From NCBI GenBank assembly GCA_035604455.1, contig DATNIM010000100.1, forward strand, positions 7,592 through 71,591: DNA of 64,000 bases, written 5' to 3'. The DNA comes from Gemmatimonadales bacterium. Lineage in GTDB: Bacteria; Gemmatimonadota; Gemmatimonadetes; Gemmatimonadales; GWC2-71-9. The position numbers and the translations under genes are program-made. The number at the start of each line of letters is the position of its first letter. Position 1 is the first letter of the stretch. A model generated the notes under the pieces. It searched no databases. It saw nothing but the letters and a program-made list of their open reading frames with translations, and had not been told where the DNA came from. Positions 31,825 through 40,846 of this stretch are shown piece by piece.

Positions 31825-33494
31825 TAGCGTTCCACCCGATCGCGGGCGATCAACTGGTCCGGCGGGATGCGCCAGGAGTGTACCGAGGCCCACCACGAGT
31901 CGGGCCGCACCGTGACGTTCGCGACCCGCCGGTCCACGGCCGCCACGTTCTGCGTCGCGAACAGGAAGATCGCCGGCGCGTCCATGTTGACCTCCTCGAT
32001 CGCGGCGCGCCACGCGCGGCGCGCGTTGTCCCGGTCGAAGGTCGCGGTCGCTTCCTCCACCAGCCGATCAAACGTCGCACTCGAATAGTGGAGAAAGTTC
32101 GAGCGTCCGATCCCCGCCGTCGTCCACTCCTGGTTGATCCCGGAGGACGGCGAGGGGTCTGTGTTCCAGGTCTGGATGAGAGCGTCGAACTGGCCCGCGG
32201 CCGCACGCTCGCTGAAGACACTGAACTCGACCTCGTCGATCTCCATGTCGACGCCGATGCGGTGAAACTCGTCCTGTAATAGCCGCGCGTACTGGCGGCG
32301 CACCCCGCTCGTCGTCGGTACGAGCACCCGGAATCGGAAGGGGACCCCGCCGCGATTCCGGATCCCGTCGCGGTCCCGGGTGCCCCAGCCACGGGCCGCG
32401 AGCAGCCGGGCGGCCTGGAGCGTGTCGTACGGGAGCTCACGGATCGCGGGGTCCCAGATCCACCACAGCTGCGACATGGGTCCGGGCGGGACGCTCGCGT
32501 AGTTGCCGAACACGCTTTGCACGAGCCGCGTCCGGTCGACGGCCATCGCCAGGGCACGTCGCACGTCGCGGTCGCCGAAGAGCGGGTGGGGAGTCCCGGC
32601 GTTTCCGGGGGCGGTGAGGTTGAACCCCAGGTAGGCGTATGCCGATCCCCGATAGGGGTAGGTCGCCAGGCGCGGCGTCGCCTGGACCCGCTTCACGTTG
32701 TCGGGGGTGACGAGCACTTCGAGCGCGTCGGCTTCGCCCGCCACGAGCTGGGTGACGGCGACCTGCAGGTCGGGCGTAAACCGCCAGATGAGGCGACGAA
32801 TCGCAGGGCGGCCGAGGAAGAACGTGGAGTCGGCGACGAGCTCAAGGCTCTCGCCCGCGCGCCACGACCGGAAGCGATAGGGTCCGTCGCCCACGGGCGC
32901 CCGCCCAAACGCCGCACTCCGCCACTGATCGGTCGGGACGTCGCGCAGCAGGTGGCCGGGCAAGACGCGCATCTGATAGATGGCGTCGTAAAACATCTCC
33001 GGATAGCGGCGCTGGAAGTGGAACACCGCCGTCAGGGAGTCAGCGGCGGTCACCCCGGTGATCCAGCGCAGCGCCGTCCGGTATGGCGAGTTCACCTGGG
33101 GATCGGTATACGCGGCGAACGTGAACGCGACGTCGCTTGCCGTGACGGGTTGTCCGTCCTGCCAGCGGGCGCGAGGATCGAGGTGAAAGACGAGAGTCAG
33201 CGAATCCCGCCATTCCCACCGCTCCGCGAGGTCGGGGCGGAAGTCCGTGTCGCCGATCGTGTTCGTCGAGGGACCGAGATCCGCGAGCTTGAGGAAGACT
33301 TGATCGCTGACGTCGCGGGCGACGGCGGCCTGGAGGACCGGGGGCAACAGGGTTTCGGGTTCGCCGGCGGACACGAACACCAGTGTGCCGCAAAAGTCGC
33401 CGCTGCACCCCGGGGGACGGTTGCACGCGACGAGCGCGAGGCCCGCGCACGCGAGCCGAGCGATCCGCATCGGCCCTAACATTGTGCGGGGCAC
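31824..33494 (-). CDS. ABC transporter substrate-binding protein, family 5 (peptide/nickel)
   Basis: 556 aa with a lipoprotein-type signal MRIARLACAGLALVAC (an alternative start at 33470). Typical family-5 SBP length and pattern. Confidence 0.8.
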   Translation of the reverse strand: MPRTMLGPMRIARLACAGLALVACNRPPGCSGDFCGTLVFVSAGEPETLLPPVLQAAVARDVSDQVFLKLADLGPSTNTIGDTDFRPDLAERWEWRDSLTLVFHLDPRARWQDGQPVTASDVAFTFAAYTDPQVNSPYRTALRWITGVTAADSLTAVFHFQRRYPEMFYDAIYQMRVLPGHLLRDVPTDQWRSAAFGRAPVGDGPYRFRSWRAGESLELVADSTFFLGRPAIRRLIWRFTPDLQVAVTQLVAGEADALEVLVTPDNVKRVQATPRLATYPYRGSAYAYLGFNLTAPGNAGTPHPLFGDRDVRRALAMAVDRTRLVQSVFGNYASVPPGPMSQLWWIWDPAIRELPYDTLQAARLLAARGWGTRDRDGIRNRGGVPFRFRVLVPTTSGVRRQYARLLQDEFHRIGVDMEIDEVEFSVFSERAAAGQFDALIQTWNTDPSPSSGINQEWTTAGIGRSNFLHYSSATFDRLVEEATATFDRDNARRAWRAAIEEVNMDAPAIFLFATQNVAAVDRRVANVTVRPDSWWASVHSWRIPPDQLIARDRVER

Positions 33495-34277
33495 CTAGCG
33501 ACGCCAGGTCCAGGTCGGGTCGCGGAACGGCGCGGTGAGCGCGGGTGGAGGCGGACGGGTCGCGACGGCGCGGGCGACGTCGCAGGCGAACGCCGCGCTC
33601 ACGGATGCGGCGACCTCGTCAAAGGCGACGGCGCGTCCCAGCACGGCCGTGAGATTGGTCTCGGTTCCCACGGGCTCCCCCGCGAGGCGATACACGAGCG
33701 CCTGTGACCCCGCGAGGAGAATCGAGCCGTGTTGCAGGAACGCGTCTCCGCGGCGGACCTGAGCCGACCCGACGACTTTGCGGCCATGGACCAGGACTTC
33801 GCCGCCGACGCTCGATCCGAAGCATGGCGTAGCGCGGAGCGGGCCCATCGGCCGCGCCGGCGCGAGTGTCGCCGGCGCTCCAAGCGCCCGCAGCGCGGCC
33901 GCCAGGCGCGCATGGATCGCCGCGTAACTCTCGCGGAGGGACCCGAACGCGGCGATGGGCGCGGCGACTGCGTAGGTCAACTCGTGTTCATGCCAGACCG
34001 CTCGTCCGCCAGTCGGACGCCGCACGACATCGACGGACAACGCCGCGATCTCCGATCGGTCATAGCGGCGGGTAGGCTCGTTGCGACCGAGCGACAGAGC
34101 CGCCGGGCGAAAGCGGTAGAGGCGCAGCATGGCCGGCCCCCCCGCTGCGACCGACTCGAGGAGCGCCTGATCCGCTGCCATGTTCTCTGCGCCGGGTTGG
34201 CCGTCGCGATCGACGATGAGCTGCCAGGTAAGCGTTTCGGCGGGAAGCTCCGCGAGCTCAGCCGGCGGTGACGGCAT
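33495..34277 (-). CDS. lipoate-protein ligase / octanoyltransferase family protein (LplA/LipM/LipL-like)
   Basis: Trimmed to ATG 34277 ([11 protein letters not shown]..), overlapping the gcvP 3' end by 20 nt. [62 protein letters not shown] is the BPL/LplA/LipB catalytic-domain pattern, including the conserved Lys. Confidence 0.75.
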   Translation of the reverse strand: MPSPPAELAELPAETLTWQLIVDRDGQPGAENMAADQALLESVAAGGPAMLRLYRFRPAALSLGRNEPTRRYDRSEIAALSVDVVRRPTGGRAVWHEHELTYAVAAPIAAFGSLRESYAAIHARLAAALRALGAPATLAPARPMGPLRATPCFGSSVGGEVLVHGRKVVGSAQVRRGDAFLQHGSILLAGSQALVYRLAGEPVGTETNLTAVLGRAVAFDEVAASVSAAFACDVARAVATRPPPPALTAPFRDPTWTWRR

Positions 34278-37143
34278 ACGCTTCGATCGGCGGGCACACG
34301 CATACGAGATGCCGATCCCCGTAAGCGCCGTCGACGCGGCTGACCGCCGGCCAGACCTTGCGCTGCCGGGTGGCCGCCGTGGGAAACGCCGCCCGCTCCC
34401 GGGGGTAGGGCCGGTCCCAGGCGTCGCGCAGGACATCCTCCAGTGCGTGCGGGGCGTTGCGCAGCAGGTTGTTGTCCCGCGGCATCCGCCCCTGCTCGAT
34501 CTCCCGGATCTCTTCCCGGATCGCGATCATCGCGTCGCAGAAGCGGTCCAGCTCGGCGCGAGGCTCGCTCTCCGTCGGCTCGATCATCAGTGTCCCGGCG
34601 ACGGGGAACGACACGGTAGGCGGATGAAAGCCATAGTCGATGAGGCGTTTCGCGATGTCCTCCACCTCGACGCCCGCCGACGCCTTGAAGGGTCGGGTGT
34701 CGACGATGCATTCGTGCGCCACGAGACCGTGCTGGCCCGAGTAGAGAAGCTCGTAGTGGCCCGCCAGGCGCCGCGCCAAGTAGTTGGCGTTGAGAATCGC
34801 CACCTTCGTCGCCTGTGCGAGACCTTCCTGTCCCATGGCCGCGATGTACGCCCAGGAAATCGGCAGAATCCAGGGGCTGCCCCACGGCGCGGCGGACACG
34901 GTGCCGCACGAGGCCGACCGACCGAGCGGGACGACCGGGTGGTCCGGCAAGAATGGGCCGAGGTGGGGCGCGACGCAGATCGGCCCCATGCCCGGGCCGC
35001 CGCCGCCGTGGGGAATGCAGAACGTCTTGTGAAGGTTCAGGTGACAGACGTCCGCCCCGAAATCCCCCGGGCGGCACAGCCCCACCTGGGCGTTCATGTT
35101 CGCGCCGTCGAGATAGACCTGACCCCCATGCTCGTGCACGACTGCGCAGATCTCTCGAATCGATCCCTCGAAGACGCCGTGCGTCGACGGGTAGGTGACC
35201 ATGAGCGCACCGAGCGTGTCGCGGTGCGCCGCGGCCTTCGCCTGCAGGTCGGCCACGTCGACGTTCCCTCGCGCATCCGTTTGCACCACGACAACCTGCA
35301 TTCCGGCCATGACGGCGCTCGCGGGGTTCGTGCCGTGTGCTGAATTCGGAATGAGACAGGTCGTCCGATGGCCGGCACCGCGCGCGGCGTGATAAGCGCG
35401 GATGACGAGCAGCCCTGCGAACTCGCCTTGCGCGCCCGAGTTGGGTTGCAACGACACATGCGGCAGGCCCGTGATCTCGGCCAGCTGCTGCTCGAGTTGT
35501 CGGAACAGCGTTTGGTACCCTTGGGCCTGCTCCCGCGGAGCGAACGGGTGCAGACGGTTCCACTCCCGCCACGACAGCGGCACCATCTCAAACGTGGCGT
35601 TCAGCTTCATGGTGCACGACCCAAGCGGAATCATCGCGGCCGTCAAGGACAGATCGCGCGCTTCGAGGCCCTTGATGTAGCGAAGCATCTCCGTTTCCGA
35701 GCGATGTTGATGGAAGACGGGGTGCTCGAGATAGGTCGATTGGCGACGCAGCCCGCCCGGGATAGCGCTCGCTGGTGCTGAGCCGTCCTCGATCCCCGGG
35801 GCGGCCCCGTTTCGCGCGAAGACCGCGACGAGGTCGGCCACGTCGCTCAGGGTCGTGGTCTCGGACAACGCGATGCCGAGCTGCGATCCGTCGAGCTGGC
35901 GGAGGTTGATCCGCCGTTTGCGGGCGGTCTCGAGGACGCGGGGCAGCTCCGACGCCTCGACGGCGACGCACAAGGTGTCGAAATAGGCGTTGTGGACGAT
36001 GCGGTACCCGAGCCGCTGGAGGGCTGCCGCCAGCATCGTCGCGAGCGTGTGGACGCGTTCCGCGATGCGGCGCAGTCCTTCTGGGCCGTGGTACACCGCG
36101 TACATGCTCGCCACCACCGCGAGCAGGACCTGAGCGGTGCAGACGTTGCTCGTGGCCTTCTCCCGGCGGATATGTTGCTCGCGGGTCTGCAGGGCCATCC
36201 GGAGCGCAAACCGTCCGGCGGCGTCGCGCGACACGCCGATGATGCGGCCGGGCAGATGTCGCTTGTAGCTCTCGCGGGTGGCAAAGAACGCCGCGTGGGG
36301 CCCGCCATAGCCCATGGGCACCCCGAAGCGCTGGCTCGATCCGACCGCGATATCGGCACCCCACTCCCCGGGCGGGGCGAGCAGCGTGAGCGCGAGCAGA
36401 TCGGTGGCGACCGTCACGACGGCTCCGGCGGCGTGGGCGGCCTCGCAAAGTTGGCGGAAGTCCTTCACCTCGCCGTCGCTCGCCGGGTACTGCAACAACG
36501 CCCCGATCACACCGGAGCCGAAACGGAACCGGTCTGGATCGTCGACGACGACTTTGATGCCGCGCACCTCGGCGCGCGTCCGCACTACGGCGATCGTCTG
36601 CGGATGACACCCCGCGGCCACGTAGTACGTCATCGGCCCGTCGTGGGTCGTCACCGCCTCGGTGAGGTGCAGCGCCTCGGCGGCCGCCGTGGCTTCGTCC
36701 AGCAGGGAGGCGTTTGCCACCTCCAGGCCCGTCAAGTCGGACACGACGGTCTGGAAGTTGAGCAACGCCTCGAGGCGACCCTGGGCGATCTCCGGTTGGT
36801 AGGGCGTATACGCCGTGTACCAGCCGGGATTTTCGAGCACGTTGCGCTGGATGACGGGCGGCGTGAAGGTGGGGTAGTACCCCATCCCGATAAACGACCG
36901 GTACACCTCGTTCTGTGCGGCGAGGCTACGGAGTGCTAAGAGCGCCTCTCGTTCGCTGAGCCCGGACGGCAGCGCCAGTGGCCGGGGCAGCCGGATGTCG
37001 GTCGGAACGACTGCATCAATCAACTCGTCGAGCGACCCGAACCCAAGCGTCGCGGTCATCTCGGCTATGTCCGACGGGCGCGGGCCGATGTGCCGCGACA
37101 CAAACGAGTCGGGGGCTAGCGCCGCGAGCGGAGGTTTGGGCAT
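34258..37143 (-). CDS. gcvP: glycine dehydrogenase (decarboxylating), single-chain P protein
   Basis: 961 aa with N-terminal [24 protein letters not shown] is the PLP-lysine region. Confidence 0.95.
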   Translation of the reverse strand: MPKPPLAALAPDSFVSRHIGPRPSDIAEMTATLGFGSLDELIDAVVPTDIRLPRPLALPSGLSEREALLALRSLAAQNEVYRSFIGMGYYPTFTPPVIQRNVLENPGWYTAYTPYQPEIAQGRLEALLNFQTVVSDLTGLEVANASLLDEATAAAEALHLTEAVTTHDGPMTYYVAAGCHPQTIAVVRTRAEVRGIKVVVDDPDRFRFGSGVIGALLQYPASDGEVKDFRQLCEAAHAAGAVVTVATDLLALTLLAPPGEWGADIAVGSSQRFGVPMGYGGPHAAFFATRESYKRHLPGRIIGVSRDAAGRFALRMALQTREQHIRREKATSNVCTAQVLLAVVASMYAVYHGPEGLRRIAERVHTLATMLAAALQRLGYRIVHNAYFDTLCVAVEASELPRVLETARKRRINLRQLDGSQLGIALSETTTLSDVADLVAVFARNGAAPGIEDGSAPASAIPGGLRRQSTYLEHPVFHQHRSETEMLRYIKGLEARDLSLTAAMIPLGSCTMKLNATFEMVPLSWREWNRLHPFAPREQAQGYQTLFRQLEQQLAEITGLPHVSLQPNSGAQGEFAGLLVIRAYHAARGAGHRTTCLIPNSAHGTNPASAVMAGMQVVVVQTDARGNVDVADLQAKAAAHRDTLGALMVTYPSTHGVFEGSIREICAVVHEHGGQVYLDGANMNAQVGLCRPGDFGADVCHLNLHKTFCIPHGGGGPGMGPICVAPHLGPFLPDHPVVPLGRSASCGTVSAAPWGSPWILPISWAYIAAMGQEGLAQATKVAILNANYLARRLAGHYELLYSGQHGLVAHECIVDTRPFKASAGVEVEDIAKRLIDYGFHPPTVSFPVAGTLMIEPTESEPRAELDRFCDAMIAIREEIREIEQGRMPRDNNLLRNAPHALEDVLRDAWDRPYPRERAAFPTAATRQRKVWPAVSRVDGAYGDRHLVCVCPPIEAYAVTAG

Positions 37144-37194
37144 GGGACTGGGTTGTCGAGGGGACGCCCCCGGGAGGTTTCCCGACCCGGCGGG

Positions 37195-37584
37195 TTACTC
37201 GCCAATGTGTTGCTTGTAGGCTGCGCTGCCGAGCAGAGTCTTGAGGTCAGCGGGATCCTTCACGCGCAGCTTGATCATCCAGCCACCCCCATAGGGATCG
37301 CGATTGACCAAGCCCGGGTCGCTCTCGAGCGCGCCGTTTACCTCGACGACCGTGCCGGCGAGCGGGGCGTAGAGGTCCGACACGGCTTTCACGGCTTCAA
37401 TGGTCCCGAACGAGTCCCCGCCCCCGAACGCCACTCCCGTCTTGGGGAGATCGAGGTACACGACATCCCCGAGCTCGCCTTGGGCGTAGTCGGTGACGCC
37501 CACCTGCACGACGGTGGGATCTGACGTCTTCCTGACGTATTCGTGCTCGTTGGTGTAGAGCAGATCCTCGGGGATCGTAGACAT
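37195..37584 (-). CDS. gcvH: glycine cleavage system H protein
   Basis: Trimmed to ATG 37584. MSTIPEDLLYTNEHEYVR..VGVTDYAQGELGDVVYLDLP..FGTIEAVKAVSDLYAP contains the lipoyl-lysine motif. Confidence 0.92.
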   Translation of the reverse strand: MSTIPEDLLYTNEHEYVRKTSDPTVVQVGVTDYAQGELGDVVYLDLPKTGVAFGGGDSFGTIEAVKAVSDLYAPLAGTVVEVNGALESDPGLVNRDPYGGGWMIKLRVKDPADLKTLLGSAAYKQHIGE

Positions 37585-37624
37585 GCGAGTCGGCGCTATG
37601 CTCGAGGTGATGCGGACGGGGCGA

Positions 37625-37653
37625 AGGTTACCGGGGCCAGGAACGTGTGTCAA
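37625..37653 (-). promoter_or_regulatory. sigma70-like promoter candidate for gcvH (TTGACA-N17-TAACCT)
   Basis: On the minus strand, TTGACA lies at 37653-37648 (overlapping the coaE stop), followed by exactly 17 nt and then TAACCT at 37630-37625. This would leave a leader of about 35 nt before the gcvH ATG. Confidence 0.45.
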
Positions 37654-38636
37654 GACAACGTGTTGTGCGTGGGAAACAGATCGGCGCGCGGGCGATCGCC
37701 CACCGCGCCTTCCTCCGCCAGGGCAAGACGCCCACCGTCCCAGGGTCGGAGATCGAGCCGTGCGGCGACCGGGTCCGGACCCGGGGTCAGGTACAAGAGG
37801 ACACCCGGTCGCCCCGCCTCGAGCCACGCTTTGCGCGCGAGCGACGCGGCGCGCGCGGACGCGAGCGCGACACCCGGTCGCAACGCGGCGAAGCGCGCCA
37901 CGAGCGCGCGGCCGCGGGCTCGCTCGACGCGCACGCCGCCTTCCGCGTACCGCCGACCAATGGGGCCGAACTCAGCCGGGTCGTCCGCGGCGTCCGCCGT
38001 CGCGAGCAACAGAATACTCCCTGGCGGCGGCCCCGCGGCGGCGCGGCGGCGAACCTCCTGGAACACAGCGCGGGCTTGGGATTCAAGCTCGGCCAGCGAG
38101 CCCGCGTTCGTAATAATGAAGTGACTGCGCTCCCGCTTGCGCTCACTAGGCATCTGGGCGGCCATCAGCCGCGCGGCATCTTCCGCGCTCAAGCCCCGGG
38201 TCGCCTGCAGGCGCTGACCCCGCAGGTCCGGGGGCGCCTCGACTAGGACGACCACATCGAAGCGCCGAGGATCGAGCACCTCGAAGAGAAGCGGGATGTC
38301 GTTCACAACGAGCGCGTCGCCGCGGCTCCGGGCTTCGCGCACCAGGGCGTCGCGGCGTTCCTGCACTGCCGGATGGACGATCGCGTTCAGGGCCTGCAGC
38401 GCGGCCTCATCGCCCATGACCTTCGAGCGAAGCGCCGCGCGATCAAGAGTCCCATCCCCGGTCAGGACGTCGGCCCCGAATCGCCGGACGATCGCCGCGA
38501 GCACCTCAGACCCCGGAGCCTCGGCCGCGCGCGCGAGCTCGTCGGCGTCGACCACTGTGGCCCCCCACTCGCGGAACCAGGAGACCACCGTCGACTTCCC
38601 GGCCGCGACGTTCCCCGTCACGACGGCGTTCAACAC
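37650..38636 (-). CDS. coaE: dephospho-CoA kinase with ~130-aa C-terminal extension
   Basis: VLNAVVTGNVAAGKSTV (P-loop)..VVDADELAR..IVHPAV..NDIPLLFE is the CoaE pattern. Start set at GTG 38636; the track start 38693 is possible. The region after about residue 200 is unrelated to CoaE. Confidence 0.75.
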   Translation of the reverse strand: MLNAVVTGNVAAGKSTVVSWFREWGATVVDADELARAAEAPGSEVLAAIVRRFGADVLTGDGTLDRAALRSKVMGDEAALQALNAIVHPAVQERRDALVREARSRGDALVVNDIPLLFEVLDPRRFDVVVLVEAPPDLRGQRLQATRGLSAEDAARLMAAQMPSERKRERSHFIITNAGSLAELESQARAVFQEVRRRAAAGPPPGSILLLATADAADDPAEFGPIGRRYAEGGVRVERARGRALVARFAALRPGVALASARAASLARKAWLEAGRPGVLLYLTPGPDPVAARLDLRPWDGGRLALAEEGAVGDRPRADLFPTHNTLS

Positions 38637-38960
38637 CGGGCGGTCCCCCACCCGGGCGGAGGGCGGGTGCCCGGGTCGCCCGTCCGACCGCAAGCCGCCA
38701 GATCGGCCGCCCCACCCAGGACGGCACCGCGACGCGAACCGGGATGCTCATCGCTCCCGACTGGGCGCGGCCCAGGGCCCGGGGCCGCTGACTTACGTAC
38801 GGAGAAGGGGGGCGGGGTTCGGTATAGAAGGATCGAACACGCGTCCTGGGCGTCCCGACGGGCCAAGGGCGTCCCTCGGCCTGCCCTCGACCCCCCCAGA
38901 AGTGCCGGTATCTTGCGGTTTTTCGGGGGATGTCTCAATATGGTGCCCAAGTTATGCGGG

Positions 38961-38991
38961 TTTTCGGGGCCATACCCCGAAAAATGGCCCC
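38961..38991 (+). promoter_or_regulatory. overlapping, mutually exclusive inverted repeats upstream of hupB
   Basis: TTTTCGGGG(38961-69)/CCCCGAAAA(38975-83) and GGGGCCAT(38966-73)/ATGGCCCC(38984-91) share the GGGG. A third TTTTCGGGG copy lies at 38920-28. The local sequence is AT-rich. Confidence 0.35.
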
Positions 38992-39031
38992 AAATCAGGG
39001 CTTTTAGACTACCCCTCACAAGGAGTGCACC

Positions 39032-39322
39032 GTGAACAAAGCCGAGCTGACCACCTCGTTGGCCACCCGGACGAAGATGTCCAAGGCCGAGGCCGGTCGG
39101 GCGATCGAGGCCCTGTTCGACGACAAGGGCATCATCGCTGTCGAGCTGAAGAAGGGTGCCAAGGTGCAGATCACCGGATTCGGGAACTTCGAGGCGCGCA
39201 AGCGCGCCGCGCGGCAGGGGCGCAATCCGAAGACGGGCGAGATGATCACCATCAAGGCGTCCATTGCGCCGGCGTTTCGCGCGGGGAAGCAGTTGAAGAT
39301 GGCGGTGAATACCAAGAAGTAG
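39032..39322 (+). CDS. hupB: HU-family DNA-binding protein
   Basis: GTG start with GGAG 8 nt upstream. MNKAELTTSLA..SKAEAGRAIEALF...ITGFGNFEARKRAARQGRNPKTGEMITIKASIAPAFRAGKQLK is the classic HU/IHF fold signature. Confidence 0.92.
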   Translation: MNKAELTTSLATRTKMSKAEAGRAIEALFDDKGIIAVELKKGAKVQITGFGNFEARKRAARQGRNPKTGEMITIKASIAPAFRAGKQLKMAVNTKK

Positions 39323-39367
39323 CCGTCGGTCGCCTTTCAAGCGGGCCGCAACCGGCTCGCGCTCGTC

Positions 39368-39393
39368 ACGGGCCGCTCCGCTGAGCGGCCCGT
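39368..39393. terminator. bidirectional GC-rich hairpin between convergent hupB and the DbpA-domain gene
   Basis: ACGGGCCGCTC-CGCT-GAGCGGCCCGT gives a perfect 11-bp stem with a 4-nt loop. It abuts the minus-gene stop (39393-95) and lies 45 nt after the hupB stop. There is only a weak T tract (GTTT) on the + side. Confidence 0.5.
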
Positions 39394-40745
39394 CAGCGTT
39401 TCGTGGGCAAAGCTCCTCGGCGCGGTCGCTTGGTCTCCTCGGCACGGTCCTCGCGCGCTTCGACACGTCGACCTCGGATCGTCACCCGGTTCAAGCCGCG
39501 CAACGCACGGGCCCCCGCGTCCGCAGCCACGTCGACGACGGCAAACGAGTCATGCAAGTCGATTCGTCCGATCTCCGTTGTGGCGAGCCCGACCTCTCGG
39601 GTGAGGGCTCCGACGAGATCCTTCGCTCTGGCGCCATCCTTCGTTCCGATCTTGACGAAGAGCCGGCACCAAGCCGGTGTGGCGTGCGCCTCGTGCTCAG
39701 GGACCTGCTGTCTCGCGGGGGTCTCCAACAGCCCGAGCAGCGCAGCGGCGACTTCCGCCGGATCGTACCGATCGAACAGCGGTCCGAGCAGCAGTAAACC
39801 CGCGTCCGACGTGCCGGCGTCAATTCGCGCGGCAATCTGCACCCGGAGAGCCGCGGCGCGATCCTTGGACTGATCGGGGGCCGGCGAGACACGCAACGGC
39901 GTGAGCGGCGCGGCGATCGACCGCGCGTAGCCGAGCTGGCCCGCCGTGGGAAAGAGGACGGGCTTTCCGAGGAGGGACAACGCGGCGAATTCGTCGCGCG
40001 TCGGGAGCCTCAGACACAGCACGCCATCAGGCGGCGCATCCGGCTGCTCAATCGGTCCCCCGTCCCAAATCATCGGATGGTCCAGATCGAGCGCGTCCAC
40101 CGCGGCACGCGCCGCCGCTGGCCGGTTCGCCGTCGCCGTCACGGCGAAGGCAGCCGGTCCTACCGCGGGCAGCGGCTCGGCGTCACTCGCCGGTGCAGGG
40201 CCGAGGACTTCGGCCCGATAAGCATGACGAGCGAGAAACTCCTTCAGGCTTGATGGGTTCCAACTCAAGACCACGCGGCGAGCCGTCCGGGCGTCGCCGA
40301 GCAGCGCTTCGAGCGCCTCGCTTCGGCCGGCGGCTACGAGCTGCTCGGGCCACGCGAGGACAATGGTGCCAACGGCGTCCCACTTGAGGGCGGATTGTGC
40401 GGTGAGCGCGAGCAGGTCGTCGGCGCTCCCTGAAACCAGGTCCACGGGGCGGTTGCGGAGGCGCTGGAGCGCCCGGCTAACGCTGTCGACGGCGTAGGCC
40501 CGGATCCCCGGAACGACACCGATCCACTCCGCCGCGCTTGAGGCGTCCGTGCACACGACGATCGTGGCCTGGGTCCCGTCACCGTGCGGGAGTCCGAGCA
40601 ATGACCAGAGGACACCGGCCTGGGCCGGGTCGGGCGGCATCACCACAATCACGGGTCGCCCGCGCGCCAGCGCGGCGCGACCCTCGTCTAGCGTGCTCAC
40701 AGAACCTCGGTTGTCAAAGGGCGGTACCGGGGCGCATCCTACCAT
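39393..40745 (-). CDS. DEAD-box-helicase-like protein with degenerate catalytic motifs and a C-terminal DbpA-type RNA-binding domain
   Basis: The C-terminus (WCRLFVKIGTKDGARAKDLVGALTREVGLATTEIGRIDLHDSFAVVDV..RVTIRGRRV) is the DbpA/YxiN RBD pattern. The N-terminal half is colinear with DEAD-box domain 1, but the motifs read MPPDPAQAG (for AxTGSGKT), CTDASSAAEW (PTRELA), SGSADDLL (TPGRL), IVLAWPEQL (VLDEAD) and LSWNP (SAT). Confidence 0.6.
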   Translation of the reverse strand: MVGCAPVPPFDNRGSVSTLDEGRAALARGRPVIVVMPPDPAQAGVLWSLLGLPHGDGTQATIVVCTDASSAAEWIGVVPGIRAYAVDSVSRALQRLRNRPVDLVSGSADDLLALTAQSALKWDAVGTIVLAWPEQLVAAGRSEALEALLGDARTARRVVLSWNPSSLKEFLARHAYRAEVLGPAPASDAEPLPAVGPAAFAVTATANRPAAARAAVDALDLDHPMIWDGGPIEQPDAPPDGVLCLRLPTRDEFAALSLLGKPVLFPTAGQLGYARSIAAPLTPLRVSPAPDQSKDRAAALRVQIAARIDAGTSDAGLLLLGPLFDRYDPAEVAAALLGLLETPARQQVPEHEAHATPAWCRLFVKIGTKDGARAKDLVGALTREVGLATTEIGRIDLHDSFAVVDVAADAGARALRGLNRVTIRGRRVEAREDRAEETKRPRRGALPTKR

Positions 40746-40846
40746 TGCGGTCGCCGACGGGCAATCGGCAACCCCACGCCACGCAGTTGCGCCCGGCGTC
40801 CGGTTGTGACTAATTCCGGCACAGTTCCCCGAAGCCGCGCGAGCCC

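Noticed and set aside
37585-37760. I looked for a glycine riboswitch ahead of gcvH.
   Set aside because: The space is occupied by the coaE 3' end. A good promoter at 37653-37625 leaves a leader of only about 35 nt. I could not find the conserved glycine-aptamer core segments.
38816-38840. A tRNA T-arm-like string, GGTTCGGTATAGAAGGATCGAACAC.
   Set aside because: No acceptor stem, D-arm or anticodon arm can be built around it, and there is no GTTCGAATC-type loop. It was judged coincidental.
38848-38875. A direct repeat GGGCGTCCC (38848-56 and 38867-75), considered as a possible repeat array.
   Set aside because: There are only two 9-nt copies 10 nt apart, with no further units. That is far too short and few for a CRISPR or tandem-repeat array. 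It may be a minor protein-binding site at most.
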